From Kiritimatiellia bacterium (lineage in GTDB: Bacteria; Verrucomicrobiota; Kiritimatiellia; RFP12; UBA1067): 64,000 bases of DNA. The stretch is from the NCBI GenBank assembly GCA_045627925.1, contig JAZQOS010000020.1:2942-66941 (forward strand), written 5' to 3'. Both the position numbers and the translations under genes were made by a program. Within the stretch, counting starts at the first letter, position 1; each line of letters begins with the position of its first letter. The notes beneath the pieces are model-generated. The model was not told the DNA's origin. It was given only the letters and a program-made list of their open reading frames with translations, and searched no databases. Shown one piece after another: positions 1-10,113 of the stretch.

Positions 1-2911
1 CTCGATAGAGGACGGCTCGATTGTCCTTGGCGTCGATGCGGTCAATGCCGCTTAGGGCGCACTCGACGCGCAATTCCGCGACCCGGATGAATTCTCGCGC
101 TTCGCTCGGCGGCGGACCGAAGCGATCGCGCATTTCCGTTTCCACCGCGCGCAAGGTCTTCATATCCTGCGCCTCGGCGAATCGCTTCATCAGCGAGAGC
201 CGTTGCACGTCCTCCTCGACGTAGTCGTAGGGGAGACGGGGATTTACGAAGTCGAGATTGAGCTTTACGTCGATAATCTCATCGACCTTTTCGCCCTTGA
301 ATAGCGCAATCGTCCGCTTCAACAGCTGGCAATAAAGCCCGAAGCCGACGGCGGCGATGTGGCCCGACTGCTGAGAGCCGAGCAAGTTGCCCGCGCCGCG
401 CAATTCGAGGTCGCGCACGGCGAGATTAAAGCCGCTCCCCAGTCCGCCGTGGCGTTTGAGCGCGGCGAGACGTTCTCGCGCTTCCTCGTCGACGATACCC
501 GAAGGCGGCAACAGGAAGTAGGCGTAGCCCTGTTTCGCCGAGCGCCCCACGCGTCCGCGCAATTGATAGAGGTCGGCCATTCCGAATTGATCGGCGTGGT
601 CGACGAGAATGGTGTTGGCGCGCGGGATGTCGATGCCCGATTCGATGATCGTGGTCGAAAGAAGGATGTCGTAGTCGCCGCGTTCAAATTCGCGCATTTT
701 CTTCGCGAGCGTCCTGGCGTCCATCTGGCCATGGGCGACGACGATGCGGGCTTTAGGGAGGAGTGCGTGCAATTCCTTCTCGACTTTGGCGATGGTGGCG
801 ACGCGATTGTGGAGAAAGTAGACTTGTCCGCCGCGCAGGATCTCGCTTTCCACGGCGGTTTTGATTATCTCGGTGGAGGCGCGGACGATGCGCGTTTCGA
901 CGGCGACGCGTTCGCGCGGCGGCGAGCGCAGGAGCGAAAGGTCGCGCGCACCTGTCATCGACAGATACAGCGTGCGCGGAATCGGCGTCGCCGAAAGGGT
1001 AAGGACGTCGGCGGTCGCCCGCAGGCGCTTTAAAAATTCCTTGTGGCGCACGCCGAAGCGCTGTTCCTCGTCGACGATTACGAGTCCGAGGTCGTGGAAG
1101 CGGAGCTTTTCGGAGAGAATCGCGTGAGTGCCAATTACGATGTCGCAGGCGCCGCTTTCGACGCGCTTGAAGGTGCCTCGGCGGGTGAGCGGGCTTTGGA
1201 AGCGCGACACCGCCTCGATGCGAACGGGAGTGCCGTCGAAGCGCGAGGTAAAGGTTTCGAAGTGTTGCTCGGCGAGTACCGTGGTCGGCGCGAGCACCGC
1301 GACTTGCTTGCCGTTCAAGGCGGCGATGTAGGCCGCACGCATCGCAACTTCGGTCTTGCCGTAGCCCGCGTCGCCGCAAACGAGCCGATCCATCGGCTTC
1401 GATTTGCCGAGGTCTTCCTTGATCGCGGCGATTGCGCTCGTCTGGTCGGCGGTTTCCTCGTAGGGGAACGCCGCCTCGAACGCGTCCATTCCCTCGCATT
1501 CGACGTCGTAGACGAATCCGGGGATGGTTTCGCGTTTCGCCTGCGTCTCCAAGAGCGCGGCGGCGAGATCGCAGACCGCCTTTTGGGCGTTTTGCTTATC
1601 GCGTGCCCAGCGCTTGCCGTCGAGTCGATGGAGGCGAACCGCTTCGCCCTTGACGCCGACGTAGCGCGAAAGGAGATGGGCGTGGGCTGCGGGGACGTGC
1701 AGAATTCCGCCGTCCGCGTATTCGATGGTAAAGACTTCGCTCCGCTTGCCGTCAAGGAGAATCTCCGAGGAGCCCGTATATCGTCCCACTCCGTAGTCGA
1801 CGTGGACGACGTATTCGCCGGGTTCGAGATCGTCGAAGTCCGAAAGGCGCGCGCCGCGTACGCGCCGATCGGCGTGGTGGACGGTTTTTTTGACGAAGAC
1901 GCGATCGGCCTTGCTGACGACGACGAGCTTTCCGACTTCGAATCCGCCGGAGAGCGCGTCCATTTCCACTACCGTCTCACCGCGCTTTTTCGCCTGCGCG
2001 AGATGCTCTTCGAGCCGCTTTTTCGCCGCCTCGAAGATTTCCGGGTGGTGCGATTCGTCCGCGCCCAGTTCCGCGAAGCCGGGGAGCGGAGAGACGACGA
2101 AATCGTAGGTCGCAACTCCTCTGGGCGCGGGGTCGCCGGTATAGGCGATGCGCCGCGTCTTCGCTTCGAGATTGTAGGAGTTGTGCTCGAGCTCGAGGAT
2201 GGTCGCGCTCTTGGGGAGGATGTCGAGTAAAGTGGTTCGCTCGTCGGTCGATTCGTCTTTCGCGGGCAAAAAGATCGCGCGTTCGATGCGTTCGATGGAG
2301 ATTTGGGTCGCGGGGTCGAAACTGCGCAATGACTCGAGATCGTCGCCGAAGAACTCGCCGCGCACCGGAAATTCCTCGCCGGGGCTCCATGCGTCCACGA
2401 TGCCGCCGCGCACCGAGAATTCGCCTTCCTCGCAAACTTGCGGAACGCGGCCGTAGCCCACCTTCGCGAGCCGTTCGACGAGCGTGGAGAATTTGCAGCC
2501 GCTCTTCAAGTCGAGGACAAGCGGCTCGACGCCGCGCGCGGGAATGGAACTTGCGAGCGCGGGATAGGACGCGACTACGATCGCCGGATAGGGTCTTAGT
2601 TCGTACGCTCGCAAGGCGGCGATTGTCTTAAGGCGCGTTCCGAGCGCGGAGCGGTCTCCGTCCAATAACGGCGGAAATTCAAGTAGCGTCGGTCGCTTCG
2701 GCCCCATCGTCTCGCCGATTGTCCGCAAGTCGTCCGCGAGCCGATCCGCCGAGGGAACGCCAGGGGTGACCGCGAGCAAGAGTCCGTCCTCGACGAGCGC
2801 GAGCGCGAGAAACGCATCCGCGCCGCCGATCATCGACGGCAAGGCAAGAGCCCCGTCGAGGTTCGCCCCCGGGGGTGTAAATTCCTTTGCGAAAGCCTCT
2901 ACCGCTCTCAC
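1..2911 (-). CDS. mfd: Transcription-repair coupling factor Mfd (3' end runs off the window)
   Basis: Manual minus-strand translation from GTG at 2911 gives GYGRVPQVCEEGEFSVRGGIVDAWSP, RLVCGDAGYGKTEVAMRAA and SATPIPRTL motifs. It is absent from the ORF track because no stop lies in the window. Confidence 0.95.
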   Translation of the reverse strand, partial: MRAVEAFAKEFTPPGANLDGALALPSMIGGADAFLALALVEDGLLLAVTPGVPSADRLADDLRTIGETMGPKRPTLLEFPPLLDGDRSALGTRLKTIAALRAYELRPYPAIVVASYPALASSIPARGVEPLVLDLKSGCKFSTLVERLAKVGYGRVPQVCEEGEFSVRGGIVDAWSPGEEFPVRGEFFGDDLESLRSFDPATQISIERIERAIFLPAKDESTDERTTLLDILPKSATILELEHNSYNLEAKTRRIAYTGDPAPRGVATYDFVVSPLPGFAELGADESHHPEIFEAAKKRLEEHLAQAKKRGETVVEMDALSGGFEVGKLVVVSKADRVFVKKTVHHADRRVRGARLSDFDDLEPGEYVVHVDYGVGRYTGSSEILLDGKRSEVFTIEYADGGILHVPAAHAHLLSRYVGVKGEAVRLHRLDGKRWARDKQNAQKAVCDLAAALLETQAKRETIPGFVYDVECEGMDAFEAAFPYEETADQTSAIAAIKEDLGKSKPMDRLVCGDAGYGKTEVAMRAAYIAALNGKQVAVLAPTTVLAEQHFETFTSRFDGTPVRIEAVSRFQSPLTRRGTFKRVESGACDIVIGTHAILSEKLRFHDLGLVIVDEEQRFGVRHKEFLKRLRATADVLTLSATPIPRTLYLSMTGARDLSLLRSPPRERVAVETRIVRASTEIIKTAVESEILRGGQVYFLHNRVATIAKVEKELHALLPKARIVVAHGQMDARTLAKKMREFERGDYDILLSTTIIESGIDIPRANTILVDHADQFGMADLYQLRGRVGRSAKQGYAYFLLPPSGIVDEEARERLAALKRHGGLGSGFNLAVRDLELRGAGNLLGSQQSGHIAAVGFGLYCQLLKRTIALFKGEKVDEIIDVKLNLDFVNPRLPYDYVEEDVQRLSLMKRFAEAQDMKTLRAVETEMRDRFGPPPSEAREFIRVAELRVECALSGIDRIDAKDNRAVLYR

Positions 2912-2921
2912 TTCGGCGGGT

Positions 2922-2955
2922 ATTATACCATACTGCAGCGTGGATTTGGTATAAT
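2922..2955. promoter_or_regulatory. Divergent pair of extended -10 boxes (mfd / GT2)
   Basis: ATTATACCA-N16-TGGTATAAT; each box is 10 nt from a start codon. Confidence 0.75.
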
Positions 2956-2965
2956 ACGAAAACGA

Positions 2966-3880
2966 ATGAGGTTTTCGGTTATAATCCCCGCGCATGGCGA
3001 CGCCGCTCTTCGGGAGCTGACGCTAAAGTCCGTTCGCGAGCAAGGCGTCGAGTGCGAAATACTGGTCATTGGTGTCGGCGAGAATCTTTCGGCGAGCGAG
3101 GCGCGGAATCGCGGAATCGAGCGCGCCCAAGGGGATTATCTCGTTTTTTGCGACGATGACGACGCCTTGGAGGCGGGGGCGCTTAGGTATTTGAGCGACA
3201 TTATCGACGCCGAAGCGCCGGACGCGATTAATTACTCGTATCGCGAAGTTACTTCGCTTGACGATGCCGTGCCTTTCGAGCGGGGCGAGCTCGAACGCTT
3301 CGATTTTCGCGATCCGAAAGACGCGGTGCGTGGCTTTAGGCGGCTTTTTACCTGGCTTTGGGCGTGGAATACGTGTTATCGGCGCGAGGTGATCGCCAAG
3401 CTGCGCTTTCGTGACTTTCTCGCGGGTGAAGACACGCTTTTCGGTGCGGAGGCGATGGTGCTGTTCGGCAAGGTCGTGAGAACCGACGCCGCGCTTTATC
3501 GCTATTTGCAGCACGATAGATCCGTCCTTCATTCGCCCTCGCGTCGTCAGGTATTGGACGGCGAAAAATCCATTCTCGCGATGCTCGAGACGGCGAAAAA
3601 GCTAAAGGGCTTCGAGGAATCGCGCGTTTTCGCCTACGCGCGAGCGCGCAAATTGCTCATTCATTACGTTTTCAAGTACGGCGCGCGAGTCCCCGCTTTG
3701 GAGTCGCTCGGCGTCTGGCGAGACTTCAAGGCGGTAGCGAAGGAGTTTCTCGTTTCTTCGCCGGAGTTCTCGTGTTTTTCCCGCCTGTATTATCGCGCGC
3801 TGCTCGCGCCTTGGTTCGACGCAGTCGTTTCGAGGCTTTCGCTCGCCAGCATACATGCCTGTCTGCATAGTCTCGGCTGA
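2966..3880 (+). CDS. Family 2 glycosyltransferase
   Basis: N-terminal FSVIIPA, ARNRGIERAQGDYLVFCDDDD (DxD) and GED motif. Confidence 0.9.
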   Translation: MRFSVIIPAHGDAALRELTLKSVREQGVECEILVIGVGENLSASEARNRGIERAQGDYLVFCDDDDALEAGALRYLSDIIDAEAPDAINYSYREVTSLDDAVPFERGELERFDFRDPKDAVRGFRRLFTWLWAWNTCYRREVIAKLRFRDFLAGEDTLFGAEAMVLFGKVVRTDAALYRYLQHDRSVLHSPSRRQVLDGEKSILAMLETAKKLKGFEESRVFAYARARKLLIHYVFKYGARVPALESLGVWRDFKAVAKEFLVSSPEFSCFSRLYYRALLAPWFDAVVSRLSLASIHACLHSLG

Positions 3881-3905
3881 GACTTTTTGATATAATACCC
3901 GCATT

Positions 3906-4973
3906 ATGTTGGATGTCGCAAAATTCACGGAAACGCTGAAGCGCGAAGGGGTGGATGCGTTTTGTGGAGTTCCCGATTCGCTGCTTAAGTCGTTTTGCGC
4001 GTACATTGCCGATAATTGTTCGGCGGAGCATCTCATTACCGCGAACGAGGGCGGCGCGGTGGCGTTCGCGGCGGGTCATTACCTCGCGACGAGCCGCCTC
4101 GCCTGTGTTTATATGCAGAATTCCGGCGAGGGCAATGCGATCAATCCCCTGGCGTCGCTCGCCGATCCCGACGTTTATTCGATTCCAATGCTGCTTTTGA
4201 TCGGCTGGCGCGGCGAACCCGGAGAAAAGGACGAGCCGCAACACGCAAAGCAGGGGAAAATTACGATTTCGCTTTTGGATACGCTGGGCATTCCGAACGA
4301 GACGCTGTCCGACGACGAATATAGCGCGCTGGAGACGACGGCGCGGTTGATTGCGCGGGCGAAGTCGGAGAGTCGACCGGTTGCGCTCGTCGTCCGCAAG
4401 GGGCTTTTCGCGGAGTATTCGCTGAAGAATCGGTCGTCGGATGTGGCAGCGGTTTCGCGCGAAAGCGAAATCGAGCGGCTCGTGGCGACGTTTCCGGAGA
4501 ACGCGGTCGTCGTTTCGACGACGGGAATGATTTCGCGCGAACTTTACGAAATCAGGGAGCGCCGTCAATCCGGTCACAATCGGGACTTCCTTACCGTCGG
4601 CTCGATGGGCCATGCGCTGATGATTGCGCTCGGTATCGCCAAGGCGCAGCCGAAGCGTCCCGTCGTTTGCCTCGACGGAGATGGTGCGACGATCATGCAA
4701 ATGGGGAATCTCGCGATTGCCGGACAAAGCGGTTGCGTCAATCTTACCCACATCGTACTGAACAATGCGGCGCACGATTCGGTCGGCGGGCAACCCACGG
4801 TTGGCGGCGAAATCGACCTCGGAAAAATCGCCGAGGCGTGCGGCTACAACACGGTGAACGGACCCGTATTCCGCGAGATCAAGGTCGCGAAGGGAGCGCG
4901 CGAGGATTTGGGTCGTCCGAAGGAGAAGCCCGTGGACAACAAGAGTCTTTTTATGGAAAATTTGGCGAAATGA
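3906..4973 (+). CDS. aepY: Phosphonopyruvate decarboxylase
   Basis: FCGVPDSLLK, YMQNSGEGNAINPL, DEPQH, ThDP motif DGDGA...NN and HDSVGGQPT; next to a PEP mutase. Confidence 0.95.
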   Translation: MLDVAKFTETLKREGVDAFCGVPDSLLKSFCAYIADNCSAEHLITANEGGAVAFAAGHYLATSRLACVYMQNSGEGNAINPLASLADPDVYSIPMLLLIGWRGEPGEKDEPQHAKQGKITISLLDTLGIPNETLSDDEYSALETTARLIARAKSESRPVALVVRKGLFAEYSLKNRSSDVAAVSRESEIERLVATFPENAVVVSTTGMISRELYEIRERRQSGHNRDFLTVGSMGHALMIALGIAKAQPKRPVVCLDGDGATIMQMGNLAIAGQSGCVNLTHIVLNNAAHDSVGGQPTVGGEIDLGKIAEACGYNTVNGPVFREIKVAKGAREDLGRPKEKPVDNKSLFMENLAK

Positions 4974-6091
4974 ACATCAAGCGTAATATCCTTTTAAATC
5001 CCGGTCCGGCGACGACGACCGATACCGTAAAGCTTGCGCAGATCGTCCCCGACATCTGTCCGAGGGAAAAGGAGTTTGCGGAACTGATGCGCAAACTTCG
5101 GCGCGATCTCGTGGAGGTCGTCCATGGCGACGAGCGTTATACCTCGGTGCTCTTTTGCGGTTCGGGAACGGTCAACATTGACGTTTGCGTGAATTCGCTT
5201 TTGCCGGCGGAGAAGCGGATTCTCGTTTTGAACAACGGCGCCTACAGCGCGCGCGCCGCCGAGGTTGCGTCGGCTTACAACCTGCCGCGCATCGATCTGA
5301 AGCTGCCGATCGACCGTCCGGTCGACGTCGCCGAAGTCGAGAAGGCGCTTAAGGCGAATCCCGACGTCGGCGTCGTGTACGTTACCCATCACGAAACCGG
5401 ATCCGGCGTCCTCAACCCGATTCGCGAAATTGGCTCGATTGCGCATCGATACGGCGCAACGTTCGTCGTAGACACGACTTCGTCCTACGCGATGATACCA
5501 ATCGACATCGTCAAGGACAACGTGGATTTTTTAATGGCGAGCGCCCAAAAGGGACTTATGGCGATGACGGGGCTTTCGTTCGTCGTCGGGCGCGAAGACA
5601 TCATCAAAGCGTCGAAGGACTATCCGGTCCGCTCCTATTACTGCAATCTCTTCCTTCAGTACGATTGCTTCGAAAAAACCGGCGAGATGCACTTCACCCC
5701 GCCGGTGCAGACGGTCTACGCGCTAATTCAGGGGCTGAGGGAATATCGTGCGGAAGGCGAACAGGCGAAGTGGGCGCGCCATGTGCGCGTTTTCGAGGCG
5801 CTCCACAATGGTCTGAAGGAGCTTGGATTCAAGAATCTCATTAAGCGCGAATACCAGTCGGGGCTCGTCATTTCGGTAATCTATCCCGATGACCCGAACT
5901 GGTCGTTCGAGAAGATCCACGACTATTGCTACGATCGGGGATTTACCATCTATCCCGGCAAGGTCGGCAGCGCCCGCACTTTCCGTTTGTGCGCGCTTGG
6001 CGCAATCGACGTTCCCGACATCGAGGAATTTTTCAAGGTCTTGAGGGAAGCGCTCGAAGCGAACAACATCAAGGTCGTATACCATGACTAA
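4970..6091 (+). CDS. aepZ: 2-aminoethylphosphonate aminotransferase (class V PLP)
   Basis: ILLNPGPATT, HHETGSG, SAQK, HFTPP and GFTIYPGK; ATGA overlap with the aepY stop (start corrected from the ORF track). Confidence 0.92.
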   Translation: MNIKRNILLNPGPATTTDTVKLAQIVPDICPREKEFAELMRKLRRDLVEVVHGDERYTSVLFCGSGTVNIDVCVNSLLPAEKRILVLNNGAYSARAAEVASAYNLPRIDLKLPIDRPVDVAEVEKALKANPDVGVVYVTHHETGSGVLNPIREIGSIAHRYGATFVVDTTSSYAMIPIDIVKDNVDFLMASAQKGLMAMTGLSFVVGREDIIKASKDYPVRSYYCNLFLQYDCFEKTGEMHFTPPVQTVYALIQGLREYRAEGEQAKWARHVRVFEALHNGLKELGFKNLIKREYQSGLVISVIYPDDPNWSFEKIHDYCYDRGFTIYPGKVGSARTFRLCALGAIDVPDIEEFFKVLREALEANNIKVVYHD

Positions 6092-7382
6092 AGTCTATAC
6101 TTGCTTTTGCACGGCGTCGATTCACCAAGGTCACCTCAACATCATCAACGAGGCGAGGAAGCTCGGCGAAGTTACGGTCGGAGTCCTTTCGGACAAGGCG
6201 GCGATTCGCTACAATCGCTTTCCGGTCGCGACGATCGAGGAACGCATCGCGGCGGTGAAGGCGATCGACGGCGTGAAAGAAGTGGTCGTCCAGGAAGATA
6301 TGCTTTATCGGGACGTAATCGAGCGTCTCAAGCCCGATTACGTCGTCCACGGCGACAACTGGGCGAATCCCGACGCGCCGGAATACGCGATTCGCGAGCG
6401 CGTCGAGCGCGAACTCGCCGTCTACGGCGGAAAGATCGTCGACGTTCCCTACACTCGCGATGCCGAGGCGCGGAAGGTGGACGAGATCGATCGCGAGAAG
6501 CTGGCGATGCCGGAGTATCGTCGCAAACGCCTTCGGGAGCTTATTCGGCTTTGTCCGGTGGTGAAGACCATCGAGGCCCATTCGGGGCTTACGGGGCTTA
6601 TCGCCGAGAAGACGGTGGTGCGCGGCGAGAACGGCGAGCTCGACCAGTTCGACGCGATGTGGGTTTCGTCGCTTTGCGATTCGACGGCGAAGGGCAAGCC
6701 CGACATCGAGCTCGTAGACATGTCGTCGCGTCTTCGCACGATCGACGACATTATGGAGGTGACGACGAAGCCGATTATCCTCGACGGCGACACCGGCGGG
6801 CTTACCGAGCACTTCGTCTACAACGTCCGCACGTTGGAGCGTGTCGGCGTTTCCGCAGTCATCATCGAAGACAAGACGGGGCTCAAGAAGAATTCGCTTT
6901 TCGGAACCGAAGTCGAGCAGACGCAAGATACGATCGAGAACTTTTGCGCGAAAATCTCCGCAGGCAAGGACGCCTTGCGGACGAAGGAATTTATGATTAT
7001 CGCGCGTTGCGAGTCGCTCATCCTCGAACGCGGGATGGACGACGCGCTGAAGCGTTGTCGCGCCTACGTGAAGGCGGGGGCGGACGGAATCATGATTCAC
7101 TCGCGCAAGAAAGATCCGGCGGAAATTCTCGAATTTTGCGACAAGTTTCGCGCCGAGGACAAGTCTACGCCGATTGTCGTCGTTCCGACCTCGTTTAATG
7201 CGATTACCGAGCGGGAGCTCGCCGAGCACGGCGCCAATATCGTCATCTACGCGAACCAGCTTACGCGTGCCGCCTTTCCGGCGATGCAGTCGGTCGCCGA
7301 GGACCTTTTACGCCATCATCGGGCGTTGGAAGTGGATGCGAGGTTGCTTCCGTTCAAAAAGATAATTTCGCTAATCGGCTGA
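6084..7382 (+). CDS. aepX: Phosphoenolpyruvate mutase with N-terminal cytidylyltransferase-like domain
   Basis: PEP mutase motif EDKTGLKKNS (EDKx5NS) and DGDTGG; N-terminal HQGH and VVHGDNW. Confidence 0.96.
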   Translation: MTKVYTCFCTASIHQGHLNIINEARKLGEVTVGVLSDKAAIRYNRFPVATIEERIAAVKAIDGVKEVVVQEDMLYRDVIERLKPDYVVHGDNWANPDAPEYAIRERVERELAVYGGKIVDVPYTRDAEARKVDEIDREKLAMPEYRRKRLRELIRLCPVVKTIEAHSGLTGLIAEKTVVRGENGELDQFDAMWVSSLCDSTAKGKPDIELVDMSSRLRTIDDIMEVTTKPIILDGDTGGLTEHFVYNVRTLERVGVSAVIIEDKTGLKKNSLFGTEVEQTQDTIENFCAKISAGKDALRTKEFMIIARCESLILERGMDDALKRCRAYVKAGADGIMIHSRKKDPAEILEFCDKFRAEDKSTPIVVVPTSFNAITERELAEHGANIVIYANQLTRAAFPAMQSVAEDLLRHHRALEVDARLLPFKKIISLIG

Positions 7383-7397
7383 TCTTCGCGAGAAAGC

Positions 7398-7805
7398 ATG
7401 CATTTGAACTCAAAGGAAGAGGCGGGGTTGTTCGTTAAGTTCTGCGCGTCTTCGGCGGCGGGATTTCTTCTGGACAATACGGTCTTTACCGCGATTATCC
7501 TTGTTTTGAAGCTGCCGCGGCGTTACGATATTCTAATTGCGCTTGTCGTCGCGCGCGTCATTTCGGCGCTTTTCAATTATCTGTTTAATCGGCGATATGT
7601 CTTCGGCGGTGCGACTTCGGTCGGCGGATCGCTTACGCGATATACGCTATTGGCGTTTGCGATCGCCACGCTATCCTACGCCTTTACCGCGACGATTTCC
7701 GCCGTGTTCGACAAGATGGGGCTTTCGATTACGTTCGTGAAGATTATGGTCGAGATCGTGCTGTTTCTCGTTTCCTACATCGTCCAGCGCCGCTGGGTGT
7801 TTTAA
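7398..7805 (+). CDS. GtrA family membrane protein
   Basis: 135 aa with about 4 TM helices, FNYLFNRRYVF and C-terminal QRRWVF. Confidence 0.85.
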   Translation: MHLNSKEEAGLFVKFCASSAAGFLLDNTVFTAIILVLKLPRRYDILIALVVARVISALFNYLFNRRYVFGGATSVGGSLTRYTLLAFAIATLSYAFTATISAVFDKMGLSITFVKIMVEIVLFLVSYIVQRRWVF

Positions 7806-7858
7806 CGGGGTGATTTTTTGGTATAATATACGACCAATCAACCATAAGGAGAATGCAA

Positions 7859-8950
7859 ATGTCACGCGTATACAACTTTTCCGCCGGCCCGGCGACGCTG
7901 CCTCTCGAGGTTTTGCAGCAGGTTCAAAACGATCTCGTCGATTATAAGGGTTCTGGGATGTCGGTTATGGAGATGTCGCACCGTGGAAAGGACTACGAGC
8001 CGATTCACGCCGAGGCGATTCGCAACTTTAAGGAACTGACGGGAATTGGCGACGATTACGAGGTCCTCTTCATTCAGGGCGGCGGCAGTATGCAGTTCGC
8101 GATGATCCCGATGAACTTCCTCGGCGCGGGTCAAACGGCGGATTACGCGAACGAAGGCACGTGGTCGGGCAAGGCGCTTAAGGAGGCTAAGAAGGTCGCG
8201 GCGCTGCGCGGAGCGACGGTAAACGTCGTCGCCGATTGCGCGAAGGACATTCCCGTGCGCATGCCGAGAGCGGACGAGTGGAAGTTTTCGGACGGCGCCG
8301 CCTACACCCACATCTGCACGAACGAGACGATTTCCGGTGCGCAGCTCAAGGAGATTCCGGCGGTAAAGGGACCGCTTTTCGCGGATATGTCCTCGGATAT
8401 TCTCGGCATCGACCGCGATTTCACCAAGTTCGACCTCTTCTACGCCGGCGCGCAGAAGAATCTTGGACCTGCGGGAATGGCGGTAGTCGCGATCAAGAAG
8501 GAGCTCGCGGCGAAGGGCAGCGAGGCGATTCCGACGATGCTCCAGTATCGCACCCACGTGGACAACAATTCGCTCTACAACACCCCGCCGACGTTCGCGA
8601 TTTACGTCTTCGGCGAGGTGATGAAGTGGGTGAAGAAGATCGGCAAGGAAACGCTTTTCAAGCAAAACGACGCGAAGGCGAAGAAGATCTACGACGTCAT
8701 CGACGCAAGCGCGTTCTACAAGGGCACGGCGCTCAAGGAATTCCGCTCGAACATGAACATTACCTTCCGCCTGCCGAGCGAGGAGTTGGAGGCGAAGTTC
8801 ATCGCGGACGCGAAGGCGCTCGGCATGAGCTCGCTCAAGGGCCATCGCAGCGTCGGCGGCATTCGCGCGACGCTCTATAACGCCTTCCCGGTCGAGGGCG
8901 TTGATCGGTTGGTGGAATTTATGCACGAGTTCGAAAAGAGGAACGGCTGA
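7859..8950 (+). CDS. serC: Phosphoserine aminotransferase
   Basis: YNFSAGPA, SVMEMSHR, AGAQKNLGPAG and GHRSVGG; SD AAGGAG 7 nt before ATG 7859; TGGTATAAT at 7819. Confidence 0.97.
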   Translation: MSRVYNFSAGPATLPLEVLQQVQNDLVDYKGSGMSVMEMSHRGKDYEPIHAEAIRNFKELTGIGDDYEVLFIQGGGSMQFAMIPMNFLGAGQTADYANEGTWSGKALKEAKKVAALRGATVNVVADCAKDIPVRMPRADEWKFSDGAAYTHICTNETISGAQLKEIPAVKGPLFADMSSDILGIDRDFTKFDLFYAGAQKNLGPAGMAVVAIKKELAAKGSEAIPTMLQYRTHVDNNSLYNTPPTFAIYVFGEVMKWVKKIGKETLFKQNDAKAKKIYDVIDASAFYKGTALKEFRSNMNITFRLPSEELEAKFIADAKALGMSSLKGHRSVGGIRATLYNAFPVEGVDRLVEFMHEFEKRNG

Positions 8951-10101
8951 TGAAATACGCGTGCTTGAATCCGATTGCGAGCTGCGGGCTCGCGGAACTC
9001 GGGAATAATTACGAGCTCACCGAAAAGGTTGAAGAGGCCGAGGCGATTTTCGTCCGGTCGGCGAAGATGGAGGAGCTCGCGGTCAGCCCCAAGTGGCTCG
9101 CGGTGGCGCGGGCGGGCGCCGGCGTCAACAACATTCCCCACGCCGACTACGCGAAGAAGGGAATCGTGGTTTTCAATACCCCGGGCGCGAACGCGAACGG
9201 CGTCAAGGAGCTGGTAATCGCGGCGATGCTCATCGCGAGTCGCGATATCATCGGGGGCGTGAAGTGGGTGGAGGCGAATGCCGCCGATCCGGCGCTCGCG
9301 AAGAGCGCGGAGAAGGCGAAGAAGGCGTTCGCGGGTACGGAAATCGCCGGTAAGCGACTCGGCGTCATCGGTCTTGGGGCGATTGGTCGCAAGGTCGCGT
9401 CGGCGGCGTTGGCGCTCGGGATGGAAGTCTACGGCTACGACCCGTGTCTTTCGCCGGCGGCCGCCCAGGCGCTCGACAAGAGCGTCAGGCGATGCGCGGA
9501 CTTGGACGAAATTTATCGCGATTGCGATATTATCACGATCCACGTGCCCGCGCTCGATTCGACGAAGGGGATGGTTAACGCCGCGGCGCTCGCGAAGATG
9601 AAAGACGGCGTAATTATCATCAACGCCGCGCGTGATGTTCTGGTGAACGAGGCCGATCTTCTGGCGGCGCTCGAAAAGGGCAAGGTTCGCAAGTACGTCT
9701 CCGACTTCCCGAACTCGACGACGGCGGGCAAGCCGGGCTGCATCGTAATTCCGCACCTCGGCGCCTCGACCGAGGAGTCCGAGGACAATTGCGCGGTTAT
9801 GGCGGCGAAGGAAATGCGCGATTTTATCGAAAACGGCAACATCGTCAATTCGGTGAACTATCCCGCTTGCACGCTCGGCCCCGTCGGCAAGGAAGGGCGA
9901 ATCGCAATTTGCCACGGCGCGAGCGCGGCGGAGGCGATTAAAGCTGAGCTCGAAAAAGCGGGCGTTAAGATCGACAAGTGCGCGAACGGAACGCGGGGCG
10001 AGATCGGCTATACGCTAATCGAGGCCGCTTCGATCTCCGACGAGGCACTAAAGGCGCTTTCGGCGCTTTCGGGCGTTTTGCGGGTAAGGAAGATCGCGTA
10101 A
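8950..10101 (+). CDS. serA: D-3-phosphoglycerate dehydrogenase
   Basis: RAGAGVNNI, NTPGANAN, GLGAIG and PHLGAST; follows serC. Confidence 0.93.
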   Translation: MKYACLNPIASCGLAELGNNYELTEKVEEAEAIFVRSAKMEELAVSPKWLAVARAGAGVNNIPHADYAKKGIVVFNTPGANANGVKELVIAAMLIASRDIIGGVKWVEANAADPALAKSAEKAKKAFAGTEIAGKRLGVIGLGAIGRKVASAALALGMEVYGYDPCLSPAAAQALDKSVRRCADLDEIYRDCDIITIHVPALDSTKGMVNAAALAKMKDGVIIINAARDVLVNEADLLAALEKGKVRKYVSDFPNSTTAGKPGCIVIPHLGASTEESEDNCAVMAAKEMRDFIENGNIVNSVNYPACTLGPVGKEGRIAICHGASAAEAIKAELEKAGVKIDKCANGTRGEIGYTLIEAASISDEALKALSALSGVLRVRKIA

Positions 10102-10113
10102 GAGGGGGCGGCG

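Noticed and set aside
359-2230. Plus-strand ORFs of 224 and 395 aa
   Set aside because: They are antisense to mfd, which the ORF track missed because it runs off the window edge.
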